A DNA stretch of 64,000 bases from an uncultured Gammaproteobacteria bacterium (GTDB taxonomy: Bacteria; Patescibacteriota; Microgenomatia; Levybacterales; GWA1-39-11), in NCBI GenBank assembly GCA_964425075.1, contig CAYRKM010000002.1, positions 162,898-226,897 of the forward strand. Direction: 5' to 3'. Both the position numbers and the translations under genes were made by a program. This document shows positions 28,691 to 38,840 of this stretch, piece by piece (positions within the stretch are counted from its first letter, which is position 1; every line of letters starts with the position of its first letter). The notes under the pieces were generated by a model. That model did not search any database. It worked only from the letters and a program-made list of their open reading frames with translations, and was not told the DNA's origin.

Positions 28691-29962
28691 ATGATTCAAA
28701 TACTTAGCATTATTGTAATTACAGTTGGTGTTATCAATTTACTGAGAATGGTAATGCTTTTGGTTGGTTCTGATATATATAACTTGGCTTTCCATATAAA
28801 AAAAAGAGGAAAAAAGGTTTTAAATTTTCCCACTATTAGCATAGTCATCCCTGCCTTCAATGAAGAAAAAACAATTATTCAGTGTGTCTCATCTATTCTA
28901 AGTAGCAATTATCCAAAGGAGAAAACCGAAATAATAGTGGTTGATGACGGCTCAAGCGATAAAACCGCATTGAAAGTCGAAAAATTTAAAAACCTTCATA
29001 ATATTAAAAATCTCATTGTAATAACTCAAAACAATCTCGGTAAAGCACATGCTTTAAATAATGGAATGATGAATTTTGCGTCAGGAGAATTAGTTATGTG
29101 TCTTGATGCTGACTCCAAGCTAAGTAAAGACGCCCTAAGTAAGGCATCCGTGTATTTTCAAGATGAAAAAGTAGTTGCCCTAGCAACAAATGTCAAAATA
29201 GATAAAAACAAGGGCCTTCTGAATCTATTGCAAATGTACGAGTACATCGTCTGTTATCAAACGAAGAGAGCTCAAACAATTTTTAATATTGAATATATTA
29301 TTGGTGGAATTGGTTCAATGTTTCGAAAAAGTTTCATTGAACAAATTGGATATTATGATGCTAATACTGTAACGGAAGATATCGATATAACCATGAAAAT
29401 TTTGCAAAACGGCAACAGGAAAGTAAAAGTTATGTATGCCGCAGACGTTATAACATATACCCAAGGGGCGCTTACTGTTTCTGATTTAATTAAGCAAAGA
29501 ACTCGATGGAAATGGGGAAGATATCAAACCTTCCTAAAAAATAAGTCGATGTTCTTCACGAATGACAAAAAATTTACCAAAGGATTAACGTGGCTATATT
29601 TGCCTTTTGCTCTATGGAACGATTTTGCATTTATTTTTGAGCCAATCATCATAACTTATATTGTTTTAATATCTATTATATTCCGTGACCCATTTACAAT
29701 TTTGTCAGCCTTTACTGTTTTAACCTTTTATTTAAGCATGAATATACTTGCTGAGAACACAATTCCATTGAAACTTAGATTAAAGCTTTTACTATTAACT
29801 CCTTTTATGTATGTACTTTTTTATGTTTTAAGTTATGTCGAATATGTTGCACTTATTAAATCTTTAGGTAATATTCATGCTCTTAAAAATAGCCTCACTA
29901 CTCAAAATAACACTTGGCATCCTATCAAACGCCCTAGCTACATAACTGATACAACCTACTAA
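28691..29962 (+). CDS. Processive GT2 glycosyltransferase (PgaC/IcaA/cellulose synthase-like)
   Basis: IPAFNEE, DDGSSD, GKAHALN, DADS, TED, QRTRW, C-terminal TMs. Confidence 0.88.
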   Translation: MIQILSIIVITVGVINLLRMVMLLVGSDIYNLAFHIKKRGKKVLNFPTISIVIPAFNEEKTIIQCVSSILSSNYPKEKTEIIVVDDGSSDKTALKVEKFKNLHNIKNLIVITQNNLGKAHALNNGMMNFASGELVMCLDADSKLSKDALSKASVYFQDEKVVALATNVKIDKNKGLLNLLQMYEYIVCYQTKRAQTIFNIEYIIGGIGSMFRKSFIEQIGYYDANTVTEDIDITMKILQNGNRKVKVMYAADVITYTQGALTVSDLIKQRTRWKWGRYQTFLKNKSMFFTNDKKFTKGLTWLYLPFALWNDFAFIFEPIIITYIVLISIIFRDPFTILSAFTVLTFYLSMNILAENTIPLKLRLKLLLLTPFMYVLFYVLSYVEYVALIKSLGNIHALKNSLTTQNNTWHPIKRPSYITDTTY

Positions 29963-29969
29963 AAACCAA

Positions 29970-31082
29970 CTACTTCAAATACTTTTCAAAAAATTCCACA
30001 GTATTTTGCATTGCCCGGTTAAAACTCGCACCTGAAATGTTGTGCCCCCCACTCTCATACTCATTAAGCTGATGAGGAATTGACGTTTTGTTAAGAAGTG
30101 CATTCAAATCTCTACTGTAGCTTATGTCAACCACATCATCATTAACTGCGTGATCAAGCTGAATTGCGCCCTTTATATCAGTTAAATAATTGGTCATTGG
30201 TACTTGTTGCCAAAAAGGACTCTCTTTAGAAAATTGACCATATTTGTTGAATAATTCCGTCCTTCTTCTTTGCCTATTGGAATTATCCATTGGAGGTCTG
30301 TAGCTATTATCATTTAAACCATATTTACGTAAATCCTCATATGAATACCCGGCTCCTGCCCAAATAACGACTGCAGGAATTGTGGGTTTTACGGCTAAGC
30401 TTCTAGAAACAACATTGCCTGCCATGGAATGCCCCCAGAGGCCAATTTTCTCAGGGTTTACAAATTCCTGGCTTTGTAGTGCGCTATAAGCTGACAAAGT
30501 GTCTATAACATAGTCTGATGAGTAATACGCTCCACCAGGCTCACCCTCAGAGCTTCCATGACCTCTAAGATCAATTTTGAAAACAACAAATCCATTTCGA
30601 GCAAGGTAATCAACATAGTCTGAATAGTTTGAGGTCGTTTTGTAAAGGGTAGGCGGAATATATCCATGAACAAATACAATTGCGCTCCACCCCTCAAGAG
30701 GTCTGTCTCCTTTTGGAACAGTAAGATATCCATTAACCTTCAAACCGTCTGAAGTGAAACTCGTTAAATACCCACTATACTCTGCAAACTCATCAATTTG
30801 TTGCATCTCGCCCATTTTACTTTCATAACTCCTATTGCGAAGATATGGAACTGTCAATTCTTGAAAAGAAAATGGAGTCGGTGAGGGAGATATTGTTGTC
30901 GAATTTGAAATAACTGGCAATTCAGTTGAAAAACTAATTTTGTTTTTAAGCAAAAAAAAGGCAGAAGTTAACAGCAAAAGAATTATTAAAGCAGAAAAAA
31001 GCCATAATCTTTTATTATTTTTCTTTGGGACTGAGGGGAAATTATCCTCAGATATCGTAGTTACAGGTAAGGATTCAGGCAT
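29970..31082 (-). CDS. Membrane-anchored alpha/beta hydrolase (S9-like)
   Basis: VHGY, DLRGHG, GHSMAG nucleophile elbow, DDVV, GHN. Confidence 0.88.
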   Translation of the reverse strand: MPESLPVTTISEDNFPSVPKKNNKRLWLFSALIILLLLTSAFFLLKNKISFSTELPVISNSTTISPSPTPFSFQELTVPYLRNRSYESKMGEMQQIDEFAEYSGYLTSFTSDGLKVNGYLTVPKGDRPLEGWSAIVFVHGYIPPTLYKTTSNYSDYVDYLARNGFVVFKIDLRGHGSSEGEPGGAYYSSDYVIDTLSAYSALQSQEFVNPEKIGLWGHSMAGNVVSRSLAVKPTIPAVVIWAGAGYSYEDLRKYGLNDNSYRPPMDNSNRQRRRTELFNKYGQFSKESPFWQQVPMTNYLTDIKGAIQLDHAVNDDVVDISYSRDLNALLNKTSIPHQLNEYESGGHNISGASFNRAMQNTVEFFEKYLK

Positions 31083-31095
31083 GATTTCAAGTATA

Positions 31096-31126
31096 AACAA
31101 CCCGCGACCTTACGGTCGAGGTAGTT
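31096..31126. repeat. Short palindrome resembling IS200/IS605-end or REP hairpins
   Basis: AACAACCCG CGACC TTAC GGTCG AGGTAGTT. Confidence 0.4.
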
Positions 31127-31151
31127 AAAAAAACTTTTTTTAGCAAGATTA

Positions 31152-31182
31152 GAGAAGGAGAATGTCCTACACCCTCCTTCTC
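31152..31182. terminator. Possible terminator hairpin
   Basis: GAGAAGGAG ... CTCCTTCTC, 9-bp stem downstream of the 31205-31624 gene; no strong U tract. Confidence 0.35.
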
Positions 31183-31204
31183 AACATTTTGTAATCAGAA
31201 GATG

Positions 31205-31624
31205 TTATTCGGTAGCTCCTGATTGATCGTCTCCAGGTTGGCCTTGTGGGGCGCCTGTTGGAGCAGTTCCTCCGGTTGGCATTGTGCCACCCATTGGGGT
31301 TTCTCCACCCAAAGGTGCACCAGTACCAGGAGCACCACTAGGTGCTGCTGGAGCTTCGGTTCCACCCAAAGGAGCAGTAGGTTCATTCATCCCGCCAGTC
31401 ACACCAGTGTCTTCCGTTGCAGGTGCAACGGGTGCAGTAGGCTCAGTGGGAACGACAGGTTCTGGTTGACCCATCCCTCCAGCTGGGGGAGTTTGCACTC
31501 CACCACCCATTCCAGTATCGGTTGGCATACCTCCTGGTTGCTGTGGCATACCTGGGGCCTGTGTTGGAGTTTGAACTCCATCTTGTTGAGTTCCGTTATT
31601 GTTTTGATTTGGATCCAAATTCAT
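31205..31624 (-). CDS. Pro/Gly/Thr-rich disordered protein
   Basis: Low-complexity ORF with GGAGGTGA SD-like sequence upstream; APLGGET-type repeats. Confidence 0.65.
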   Translation of the reverse strand: MNLDPNQNNNGTQQDGVQTPTQAPGMPQQPGGMPTDTGMGGGVQTPPAGGMGQPEPVVPTEPTAPVAPATEDTGVTGGMNEPTAPLGGTEAPAAPSGAPGTGAPLGGETPMGGTMPTGGTAPTGAPQGQPGDDQSGATE

Positions 31625-31756
31625 TCACCTCCCTTCTCTATCTTTATTTTAGTTGTCTTATTTTAAAAGATAGTATATTTGTAACACGTTCTGCATACTG
31701 CTTACAAGTATTTTTTTCTACTTTTTGAAAATCAAAATTTTGTGTACAATGGTTTC

Positions 31757-32248
31757 ATGCCAAAACTTCATGAAGATTATTTACGTTCGCTAATGTTTGG
31801 TCTCCAAGATGGACTTGTTTCTACAACTGGTGTAGTTGTGGGAATTTCGGTTGGAACCAACAATAAACCCATTATTGTCCTTGCAGCGCTTGTTGCAGTT
31901 ATGGTTGAGGCAACCTCTATGGCTGCTGGGCAATATTCTTCTGAGAAAGCTGTCCACCAGATGGATAAAACAGGAAAACATACTGATAGCCTTATTCTGG
32001 GTGCATTAATTATGTTTTTTGCCTATCTTATCGGAGGAATGTTCTCCATTGTACCTACTATCTTCTTTGGACAGCCTGAAGCACAACTAATCGCTGTTCT
32101 TTCTGCCTTTGCTGGACTTTTCTTAGTAGGCTACATTAAAGGACAACTTGTAGAACACCACCCCTTAAGAAGTGCTGTTGAGCTCTTTATAATAGGTGCT
32201 GTTGCAACCGTGATTGGACTTGCTGTTGGACTATACCTTAAGGTTTAG
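31757..32248 (+). CDS. VIT1/CCC1 family Fe/Mn transporter
   Basis: LRSLMFGLQDGLVST, SMAAGQYSS. Confidence 0.88.
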   Translation: MPKLHEDYLRSLMFGLQDGLVSTTGVVVGISVGTNNKPIIVLAALVAVMVEATSMAAGQYSSEKAVHQMDKTGKHTDSLILGALIMFFAYLIGGMFSIVPTIFFGQPEAQLIAVLSAFAGLFLVGYIKGQLVEHHPLRSAVELFIIGAVATVIGLAVGLYLKV

Positions 32249-34572
32249 GAAAGAAATGCACGAAGATAGGGCGTTGACATTACTATAAATTGAATAAGAA
32301 GCGTTATAAGAACTGAGAAAATAAGAAACCAACTTACTGGCCTAAATCCCCGACGTATAAGAAAAACGATCCCCATCTCGCCTATTATTAATGCATTAAA
32401 AACTACAAGTCGGGCGTTTTCATGTGGCATGTACTTTAGGCTTATGTAGTAAAGAACTAAAAGAAATAGGGCAAAAGGAACAGTTATTTTGGTAATTCTT
32501 ATAATCCTTTTAAGGCTTAAAATGTTTTCATTTACATTCCTTGGCTTCTTGAGCAATAAGTTCTTACCCTTCGTATCTGTTGAAAGAGCCAATGCAGGCA
32601 ATCCATCTCCTACTAAATTCACCCACAAAATCTGGGTCGCTGTAAGGGGAATAGGAAGTCCCAAAACAATACTTATGAAAATTAGTAAAAACTCTGTAAT
32701 ATTGGAGGACAAAAGGAAAACCACAACCTTCACAATGTTTTCAAATATCCCTCTTCCTTCCTCTACCGCTTTGACAATGGTATATAAATTGTCATCTGTT
32801 ATTACAACGTCAGACGCTTCCTTTGCTACATCAGTCCCACTCTTACCCATCGCAACCCCAATATGAGCCTCAGAAAGCGCTAATGCGTCATTTACCCCAT
32901 CCCCCGTTACGGCCACAACATAGCCTGCCTGCTTATAAAGTCTCACAAGACGCTGCTTATCCTCAGGCTTCATTCTTGCAAATATTCTTATGCTTGGAAG
33001 AATCCTCAACAATTCTTCATCCGTTGTTTTTTCCATCTCGTCTGTTGTAAATATCATTTCCCCATCTTTTATCAAACCCACTTCCTCAGCTATGAATTTT
33101 GCGGTTTGGGGGTTGTCTCCAGTTACCATAACCACCCTAATTCCAGCCTTATTTGCCTGAACTATGGCCTCTCTAGCCTCAATTCTTGGAGCATCATAAA
33201 TTCCCAATAACCCAATAAGGGCATATTCTTTTCCTTCTTTTGAAGCAAAAGCAATAACCCTAAGCCCAACGCTTGCCATTTTTTCCATTTTTTTAAATGC
33301 TTCTGTTTCTTTTGAATAACCTACAAGTTCAAATATGCTTTCGGGCGCGCCACGCACAAATTCCGTTTTCTTACCTTCATTTTCCCAAACAATATGAATT
33401 AATTTTGTCTCGGGGTCAAAAGGATCTTCGGATACAATTTTCCCCTCCTTTTGAAATTCTTCGAGGTTTTCTACCTTACCCTTTGCAAAAGAAAGCATTG
33501 CTCCATCAGTTTTGTCTCCTATAATTTCTATTTTCCCATCCTCTTCATCCACAAGGCTTGCAGTGTTTCCCAAAACACAGCTTCTAATAAGCAAAGGCAT
33601 TTTGCTATCAGCTACTAACCAATGCGACTTCACTGACATTTTATTCTGAGTGATAGTCCCTGTTTTATCAGACAAAACTGCAGTTGTTGCGCCCAATGTT
33701 TCAATTGCAGACATTTTACGCACGATGGTCTTTTGCTGCGCAAGCCGATGGGCCCCTACGGCCAAAGCAACAGTTACTACAAGAGGTAATCCCTCAGGAA
33801 TTACAGCAACTGCTACGCTAACAACGGTCAAAATAAGCTGCTGAAAATCTCTATTTTGAAGTATTCCAATCGGGATGAGTAATATTGCCAACAAAATTCC
33901 AAAAAATGCGAGTTTTTTACCTAATTCATCAATATTTTGAGCAAGAGGCGTTGGGGGGCGTTTTATTTTTTTTATAGCTGTAGCAATTTGTCCAAGTCGT
34001 GTTTTAAAACCCGTTGCCTCAATTTTAATCATTCCTTTTCCTTGTACGATAAAAGTTCCCATAAACATTGAGTCATTCAATTTCTTCTCAACAGACATCG
34101 ACTCTCCAGTGAGAAGAGACTCATCTATTTCAATAGGAACAGTAGTTAAAAGAATACCGTCAGCAGGAATTCTATCTCCCTCTCTTAACGAAACCATATC
34201 TCCTGGAACCAGCAACTTAGCCTCGATTTCGATCTCCTCACCGTCTCTTATAACTCTTGCTAATGGAGATGAGAGGTCTTTTAGTTTTTCAAGGGTTTTT
34301 TCAGCCCGAAATTGTTGAATAAAACCAAAAAGACCATTCAAAAGTAAAATAAGAAAAATGAAAAATGAGTCAGCTTTCTCTCCCAAAAACAAAGAAAAAA
34401 GACCCGCAAAGAACAATATTAACGTAATGATGTTGGTGTATTGTGAAATAAGAAGCCTAAAAATTGAGCTTGACTCTTTATCAGCTATCTCATTTTTCCC
34501 AAATTCCTTGAGCAATATATTTGCTTGCGACGAAGATATTCCCTGGTATTCTTGCTTCATAACAATTCTCAT
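32245..34572 (-). CDS. Cation-translocating P-type ATPase (type II, Ca2+-like)
   Basis: LTGES, PEGLP, DKTGT, TGDN, GDGVND, QILWVNL. Confidence 0.95.
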   Translation of the reverse strand: MRIVMKQEYQGISSSQANILLKEFGKNEIADKESSSIFRLLISQYTNIITLILFFAGLFSLFLGEKADSFFIFLILLLNGLFGFIQQFRAEKTLEKLKDLSSPLARVIRDGEEIEIEAKLLVPGDMVSLREGDRIPADGILLTTVPIEIDESLLTGESMSVEKKLNDSMFMGTFIVQGKGMIKIEATGFKTRLGQIATAIKKIKRPPTPLAQNIDELGKKLAFFGILLAILLIPIGILQNRDFQQLILTVVSVAVAVIPEGLPLVVTVALAVGAHRLAQQKTIVRKMSAIETLGATTAVLSDKTGTITQNKMSVKSHWLVADSKMPLLIRSCVLGNTASLVDEEDGKIEIIGDKTDGAMLSFAKGKVENLEEFQKEGKIVSEDPFDPETKLIHIVWENEGKKTEFVRGAPESIFELVGYSKETEAFKKMEKMASVGLRVIAFASKEGKEYALIGLLGIYDAPRIEAREAIVQANKAGIRVVMVTGDNPQTAKFIAEEVGLIKDGEMIFTTDEMEKTTDEELLRILPSIRIFARMKPEDKQRLVRLYKQAGYVVAVTGDGVNDALALSEAHIGVAMGKSGTDVAKEASDVVITDDNLYTIVKAVEEGRGIFENIVKVVVFLLSSNITEFLLIFISIVLGLPIPLTATQILWVNLVGDGLPALALSTDTKGKNLLLKKPRNVNENILSLKRIIRITKITVPFALFLLVLYYISLKYMPHENARLVVFNALIIGEMGIVFLIRRGFRPVSWFLIFSVLITLLIQFIVMSTPYLRAFLS

Positions 34573-34701
34573 GGTACCTGAAATTGCTTATTAAAAACAA
34601 GAACCCAAGTAGGAAATACTTTACTATATACATCTACCACTTGACATTTGGGCACAAGTAGTGTATATTACCGGACTAAGCTCTTAAACAGAGCTTTTTT
34701 T

Positions 34702-36012
34702 ATGAAAAAATTAATGAAGAAATTATTCTATTCTTTAGCAATTATTCTGTTGCTGGGGACCTTCGTATCTAAAGCATTCAACGCTGCTCCTGTAGTCCTT
34801 GCACAAGGCAACACAGATGTTACTATTTGTCACGCAACAGGAAGTTCTAGCAATCCCTACTCTAAAATTACAGTTGATGACGATGCTGTTGATGGAAATG
34901 GAAACAGCGACCACAACCGAAACGACCACCAAAATGGGGAAGATATTATTCCTCCAGGACCATGGGATTGGAATGGAAGAAATTGGGATACTACTGGTCA
35001 AGCAATTTGGAACAATAACTGTGTAGTACCTAATCCTTACTCTGTAGCAATTAACGAAGTCGCATTGAGCTGTGGATCTGGTCAAAAAACAATTACAGGT
35101 ACTGCTACTTTCGGCACAGATACTTCAACTACTCTACTTGTAAAAATTAACGGAACTACAGTTATTGATAGCGAAAGCGAAACTACTTCATGGAGCTTTA
35201 ATTACAACTTAACAGCAGGAACTAGCTACACTGTTACTGCAGCTGTATATGATAGTAGCAATCCAGACGTTACTGGATCACATCAAGATACACCTAAGGC
35301 TACTGATTCATGGACATTCACAGTAAACACCTGCGTTAATGACGTTTGTACTAATCTTGATGGAATTCAGGAATCATTACCAAATGGTTATTACTTTGCA
35401 AGTGCTGGAATTTGTGCTGAAAAAACTCCAGTGTGTACTGATGTAAATGCTTCAAACTATGATTCAGAAGTAACTGCTAACGAGTACAGCAACAATAATG
35501 TTTGCCAATACCCAATTGATGTATGTACCAATATTGATGGTACCCAAACCACATTGCCTGAAGGATATCATTATGCAGGTGAAGGTATTTGTGTGCAGGA
35601 TGAAGTAGAAACAACTCCTACTCCTACACCTACTCCAACCGATGAGTGTAGTGAATTTGATGAAAATGGAATTTGTATTGAATGTGACGGCGGTGGAGAA
35701 TGTGAAGTAGTTATTGGTGGCACACCAACTCCTACACCAACTCCAACTGAAACCGTAACACCAACTCCAACTCAACCTGCAAACGTAGGTGGAGCTGCTC
35801 CTGGAGGAGACGGACTTTCAGATGGACGTTCTGATGGAAGATCTGATGGACGAGGAGGACAAGCTCCTTCAGCAGGTCAAGTATTAGGTGCTAACACAAT
35901 GGGTGCAACTGGAGACTTTGGTTCACTTATCTCAAAAATGCTCTTCGCTTTAGGTCTTACTTTTACCACTCTTGCGAGTGCGGGCCATGCAAAAAAGAAA
36001 AAATTATCATAA
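34702..36012 (+). CDS. Secreted Cys-rich surface protein, probable sortase substrate
   Basis: Signal peptide, VTICHAT, two DVCTN.DG.Q repeats, PT linkers, GQVLGANTMGATG + TM + KKKK tail. Confidence 0.75.
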   Translation: MKKLMKKLFYSLAIILLLGTFVSKAFNAAPVVLAQGNTDVTICHATGSSSNPYSKITVDDDAVDGNGNSDHNRNDHQNGEDIIPPGPWDWNGRNWDTTGQAIWNNNCVVPNPYSVAINEVALSCGSGQKTITGTATFGTDTSTTLLVKINGTTVIDSESETTSWSFNYNLTAGTSYTVTAAVYDSSNPDVTGSHQDTPKATDSWTFTVNTCVNDVCTNLDGIQESLPNGYYFASAGICAEKTPVCTDVNASNYDSEVTANEYSNNNVCQYPIDVCTNIDGTQTTLPEGYHYAGEGICVQDEVETTPTPTPTPTDECSEFDENGICIECDGGGECEVVIGGTPTPTPTPTETVTPTPTQPANVGGAAPGGDGLSDGRSDGRSDGRGGQAPSAGQVLGANTMGATGDFGSLISKMLFALGLTFTTLASAGHAKKKKLS

Positions 36013-36598
36013 TTTTTTCTCCCGCAAAAAAATTCGCAAACTATCCAAAAAGATAACCGGGAGAATCACACGACTTAACAACCCCACAGTATTTTTTGCT
36101 TTGGGTCTTCTTTTCCTTGCCCTTTGGGGAATTCGGGAAGTACACATAGCAACAAGGCTTTCATTTAGTTCTACCGTTATAACAAATGAGCTAAGTGGAA
36201 ATATCATTCATCCAGTTAAAATTTCAATTCCCTCAATTAAAACTGACCTTCCAATTGAGGAAAAGCTGATTGAAAAAGGCATTTGGCAAATAAGCAACAA
36301 AGGAGTATCTCACCTAGCAACATCAGCATATCCTGGAAATCCTGGAAACATAATCATGTATGGACACAATACTGACGAAAGACTTGGAAGGTTGCAGTTT
36401 ATAAAAACGGGTGAAATTATAAAAATAACATCAACAAATGGAAGAGTATTTGAATATAAGGTAAAAACTGTAGAAGTAGTTAAGCCCACAGATATTGATA
36501 GGCTTATGTCATATTCTGGGGAAACCTTAACTATTTATACATGTATTGGATTTGCTGATCTTAAAAGAGTTTTGGTTAAGGCTGAAAGAGTAAGGTAA
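35987..36598 (+). CDS. Sortase
   Basis: N-terminal TM; GNIIMYGH, TLTIYTC and R of LKRVLV form the His/Cys/Arg triad. Confidence 0.9.
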   Translation: MQKRKNYHNFFSRKKIRKLSKKITGRITRLNNPTVFFALGLLFLALWGIREVHIATRLSFSSTVITNELSGNIIHPVKISIPSIKTDLPIEEKLIEKGIWQISNKGVSHLATSAYPGNPGNIIMYGHNTDERLGRLQFIKTGEIIKITSTNGRVFEYKVKTVEVVKPTDIDRLMSYSGETLTIYTCIGFADLKRVLVKAERVR

Positions 36599-36601
36599 CT
36601 T

Positions 36602-36817
36602 TCATTTTTTCCCATTAAGACACACCTTACACTCCCCCACATGGGTTGCTCCTATATATATTCCTGAAATTCCAACGAGAATGTAGAAAAAAGTCACGAA
36701 TCCTGGAATAAAAGCAAGTAAACTTTCTGCTAAATTAAGATTAAAAAGTCCCACAAGCCCCCAATTTATTGCTCCGATTAATACCAATAAAAAAGCTACA
36801 ATATGGATTCCTCGCAT
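36602..36817 (-). CDS. DUF378 family small membrane protein
   Basis: LVLIGAINWGLVGLF...YILVGISG. Confidence 0.85.
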   Translation of the reverse strand: MRGIHIVAFLLVLIGAINWGLVGLFNLNLAESLLAFIPGFVTFFYILVGISGIYIGATHVGECKVCLNGKK

Positions 36818-36951
36818 AATTTCACCTCCTTCTTAGAAATTTAAGTGTGTCACGAAACAAAAAAAGAGTCAACACTAATTCTATTTGACCAAATTATGCC
36901 AACCCAATCTCTCTCTTGACTTGTGGATGGTAAGCCCTTACGATTGATTCC

Positions 36952-37494
36952 ATGTCAGAAACACCCGAAGCATGTCCAAAATGCGGCAATCCACTTGCTG
37001 AGATAACCACAACTCCAACTGGTAGGAAACTACAGAGATGCTCAACTGGATCCTGGGACAAAGAAACGAGAAAAAATGTTGGATGCGACTTCGTAAAATG
37101 GCTTGAAGTAGAACCGCAAGAACTTGAAGAAAAATGTCCCAAATGTGGTTCCCCCCTAATTCTTGTCGTATCCCGTTTTGGTAAAAAAATGAAGAAATGC
37201 TCAACCAACAAATGGGATAAGGAAACAAAAAAGTCGTCGGGATGCGACTATATTGAATGGATAAATGGAACAACTGAGGAACTTGATGAAGACTGCCCTA
37301 CTTGTGGCAACAAACTTGTTCTCTATACAACCGCTGCCGGTAAAAAAATGAAGAAATGCTCAACCTCCGGATGGGACAGCAAAACAAGAACCGCAACGGG
37401 ATGCACATATGTTGAATGGTTAAAGCCTGGTGAATATCCCGTCAAATTTGATAGCGGTGGCGAAGAATTCCTTCCTCCAGAACCTAAAGATTAA
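36952..37494 (+). CDS. Stand-alone triple topoisomerase-type C4 zinc-ribbon protein
   Basis: Three repeats of CPxCG..L.....GKK...CST..WD......GC.Y/F.EW. Confidence 0.8.
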   Translation: MSETPEACPKCGNPLAEITTTPTGRKLQRCSTGSWDKETRKNVGCDFVKWLEVEPQELEEKCPKCGSPLILVVSRFGKKMKKCSTNKWDKETKKSSGCDYIEWINGTTEELDEDCPTCGNKLVLYTTAAGKKMKKCSTSGWDSKTRTATGCTYVEWLKPGEYPVKFDSGGEEFLPPEPKD

Positions 37495-37547
37495 TCTCAA
37501 ATTGATACTCTTGTAATTTATTTTTAAAATCTCTACGATATATCCCA

Positions 37548-38813
37548 ATGGATAGTCATTTGAAAAAAGGGCTCATAGAAAAAGCCAACGAAATTTTTGA
37601 GATAAATACAATCCAAGGACATTCCGACTGGAAAAATACGGATTACAAATTTATTGCTCCCGCAAATAAAGAATATGTCTATCAATGGTTGTGGGATACT
37701 TCCTTTCATGCAATTGTTCTTTCTCATTTTGATACTTCCTGGGCAAAAAATGAAATTAGAACATTGTTAATTGCTCAGTGGGAAAACGGTTTTTTACCAC
37801 ACATTATTTTTTGGGGCAAGAAAAGAAGACTGCCACACTGGGCATACATTGAAAGTGCGCTTTCTATAAGACCACGCAGTACTTCAATTACCCAACCACC
37901 AGTTATAGCGCTTGCTGTTGAAAGTATTTATACAAAGGATAAAGATAAAGAATTTTTGAGAGAAGTTTTACCAAAAATTGCTAATTTACATAGATGGCTA
38001 ATTGAGAATCGTGATATTGATAATGACAACCTTCTTTCTATTATTTCTCCAAATGAAAGTGGGATGGATGAACTACCTGTCTTTCAAGTAGCTGCAGGAT
38101 ACACTGGACTTAATACCACTAGGCTTCATTATATATACAGAAAAGGAGATTTTCTAAATCATAGATATAGATTTAACAACAAGAAAATTTTGGAAAAAGA
38201 TTATTTTAATGTCGAGGAATTATTGTTCAACACTGTTTTTGTAGAGAGTTCGCGTGCACTTTCAAGGCTTTTTAAAGAAATTGGGAATAATGAAGAATCT
38301 GATTATTTTAAAGAGGTAGCTAAAAAAAGCGAAAGTTCACTTCTTGAAAAATGCTGGGACGAAAAAGATGAGATATTCTACTCACTTTATTCAAAGAGTG
38401 AAAAATTCGCAAAAGTTAAAACAGTTGCCTCCCTTGTTCCCTTATTTCTTGAAGGGCTTAAAGGCGATAAGCTTGATAAATTAGTTAACAAACATCTATT
38501 AAATCCGGATGAATTTTATACACCCTACCCTTTTCCAAGTGTTTCAAAAGACGAACTTTATTATGAACCAGAAGACACTCCTCTTTATAAAATTAAGCTA
38601 GTTTGGCGAGGACCAACATGGATAGCTACAAATTGGCTGGTTGTAAAAGGCCTAAGGCGCCATGGATACAATAAAATCGCAGATGATGTTGTTAGAAAAA
38701 TGAGCGAGATGATACAGCGCGAAGGATTTCGGGAATACTACAATCCGGAGACGGGTGAAGGATATAGGCGTCACAACTTCGGCTGGAGTACTCTTATTGT
38801 TGATCTACTTTAA
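37548..38813 (+). CDS. (alpha/alpha)6 glycoside hydrolase, GH63/MGH1-trehalase-like
   Basis: YQWLWDTSFHA, ITQPP, ESGMD, WRGPTW, FREYYNP.TG.G...FGWS. Confidence 0.85.
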   Translation: MDSHLKKGLIEKANEIFEINTIQGHSDWKNTDYKFIAPANKEYVYQWLWDTSFHAIVLSHFDTSWAKNEIRTLLIAQWENGFLPHIIFWGKKRRLPHWAYIESALSIRPRSTSITQPPVIALAVESIYTKDKDKEFLREVLPKIANLHRWLIENRDIDNDNLLSIISPNESGMDELPVFQVAAGYTGLNTTRLHYIYRKGDFLNHRYRFNNKKILEKDYFNVEELLFNTVFVESSRALSRLFKEIGNNEESDYFKEVAKKSESSLLEKCWDEKDEIFYSLYSKSEKFAKVKTVASLVPLFLEGLKGDKLDKLVNKHLLNPDEFYTPYPFPSVSKDELYYEPEDTPLYKIKLVWRGPTWIATNWLVVKGLRRHGYNKIADDVVRKMSEMIQREGFREYYNPETGEGYRRHNFGWSTLIVDLL

Positions 38814-38840
38814 ACATTGCTTTCTCCGGATTGAGCTTCT

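Noticed and set aside
35611-35775. PTPTPT-coding DNA repeats here and in the 58-63 kb genes
   Set aside because: Ordinary Pro/Thr linkers with 6-bp codon periodicity, unrelated to the heptamer arrays.
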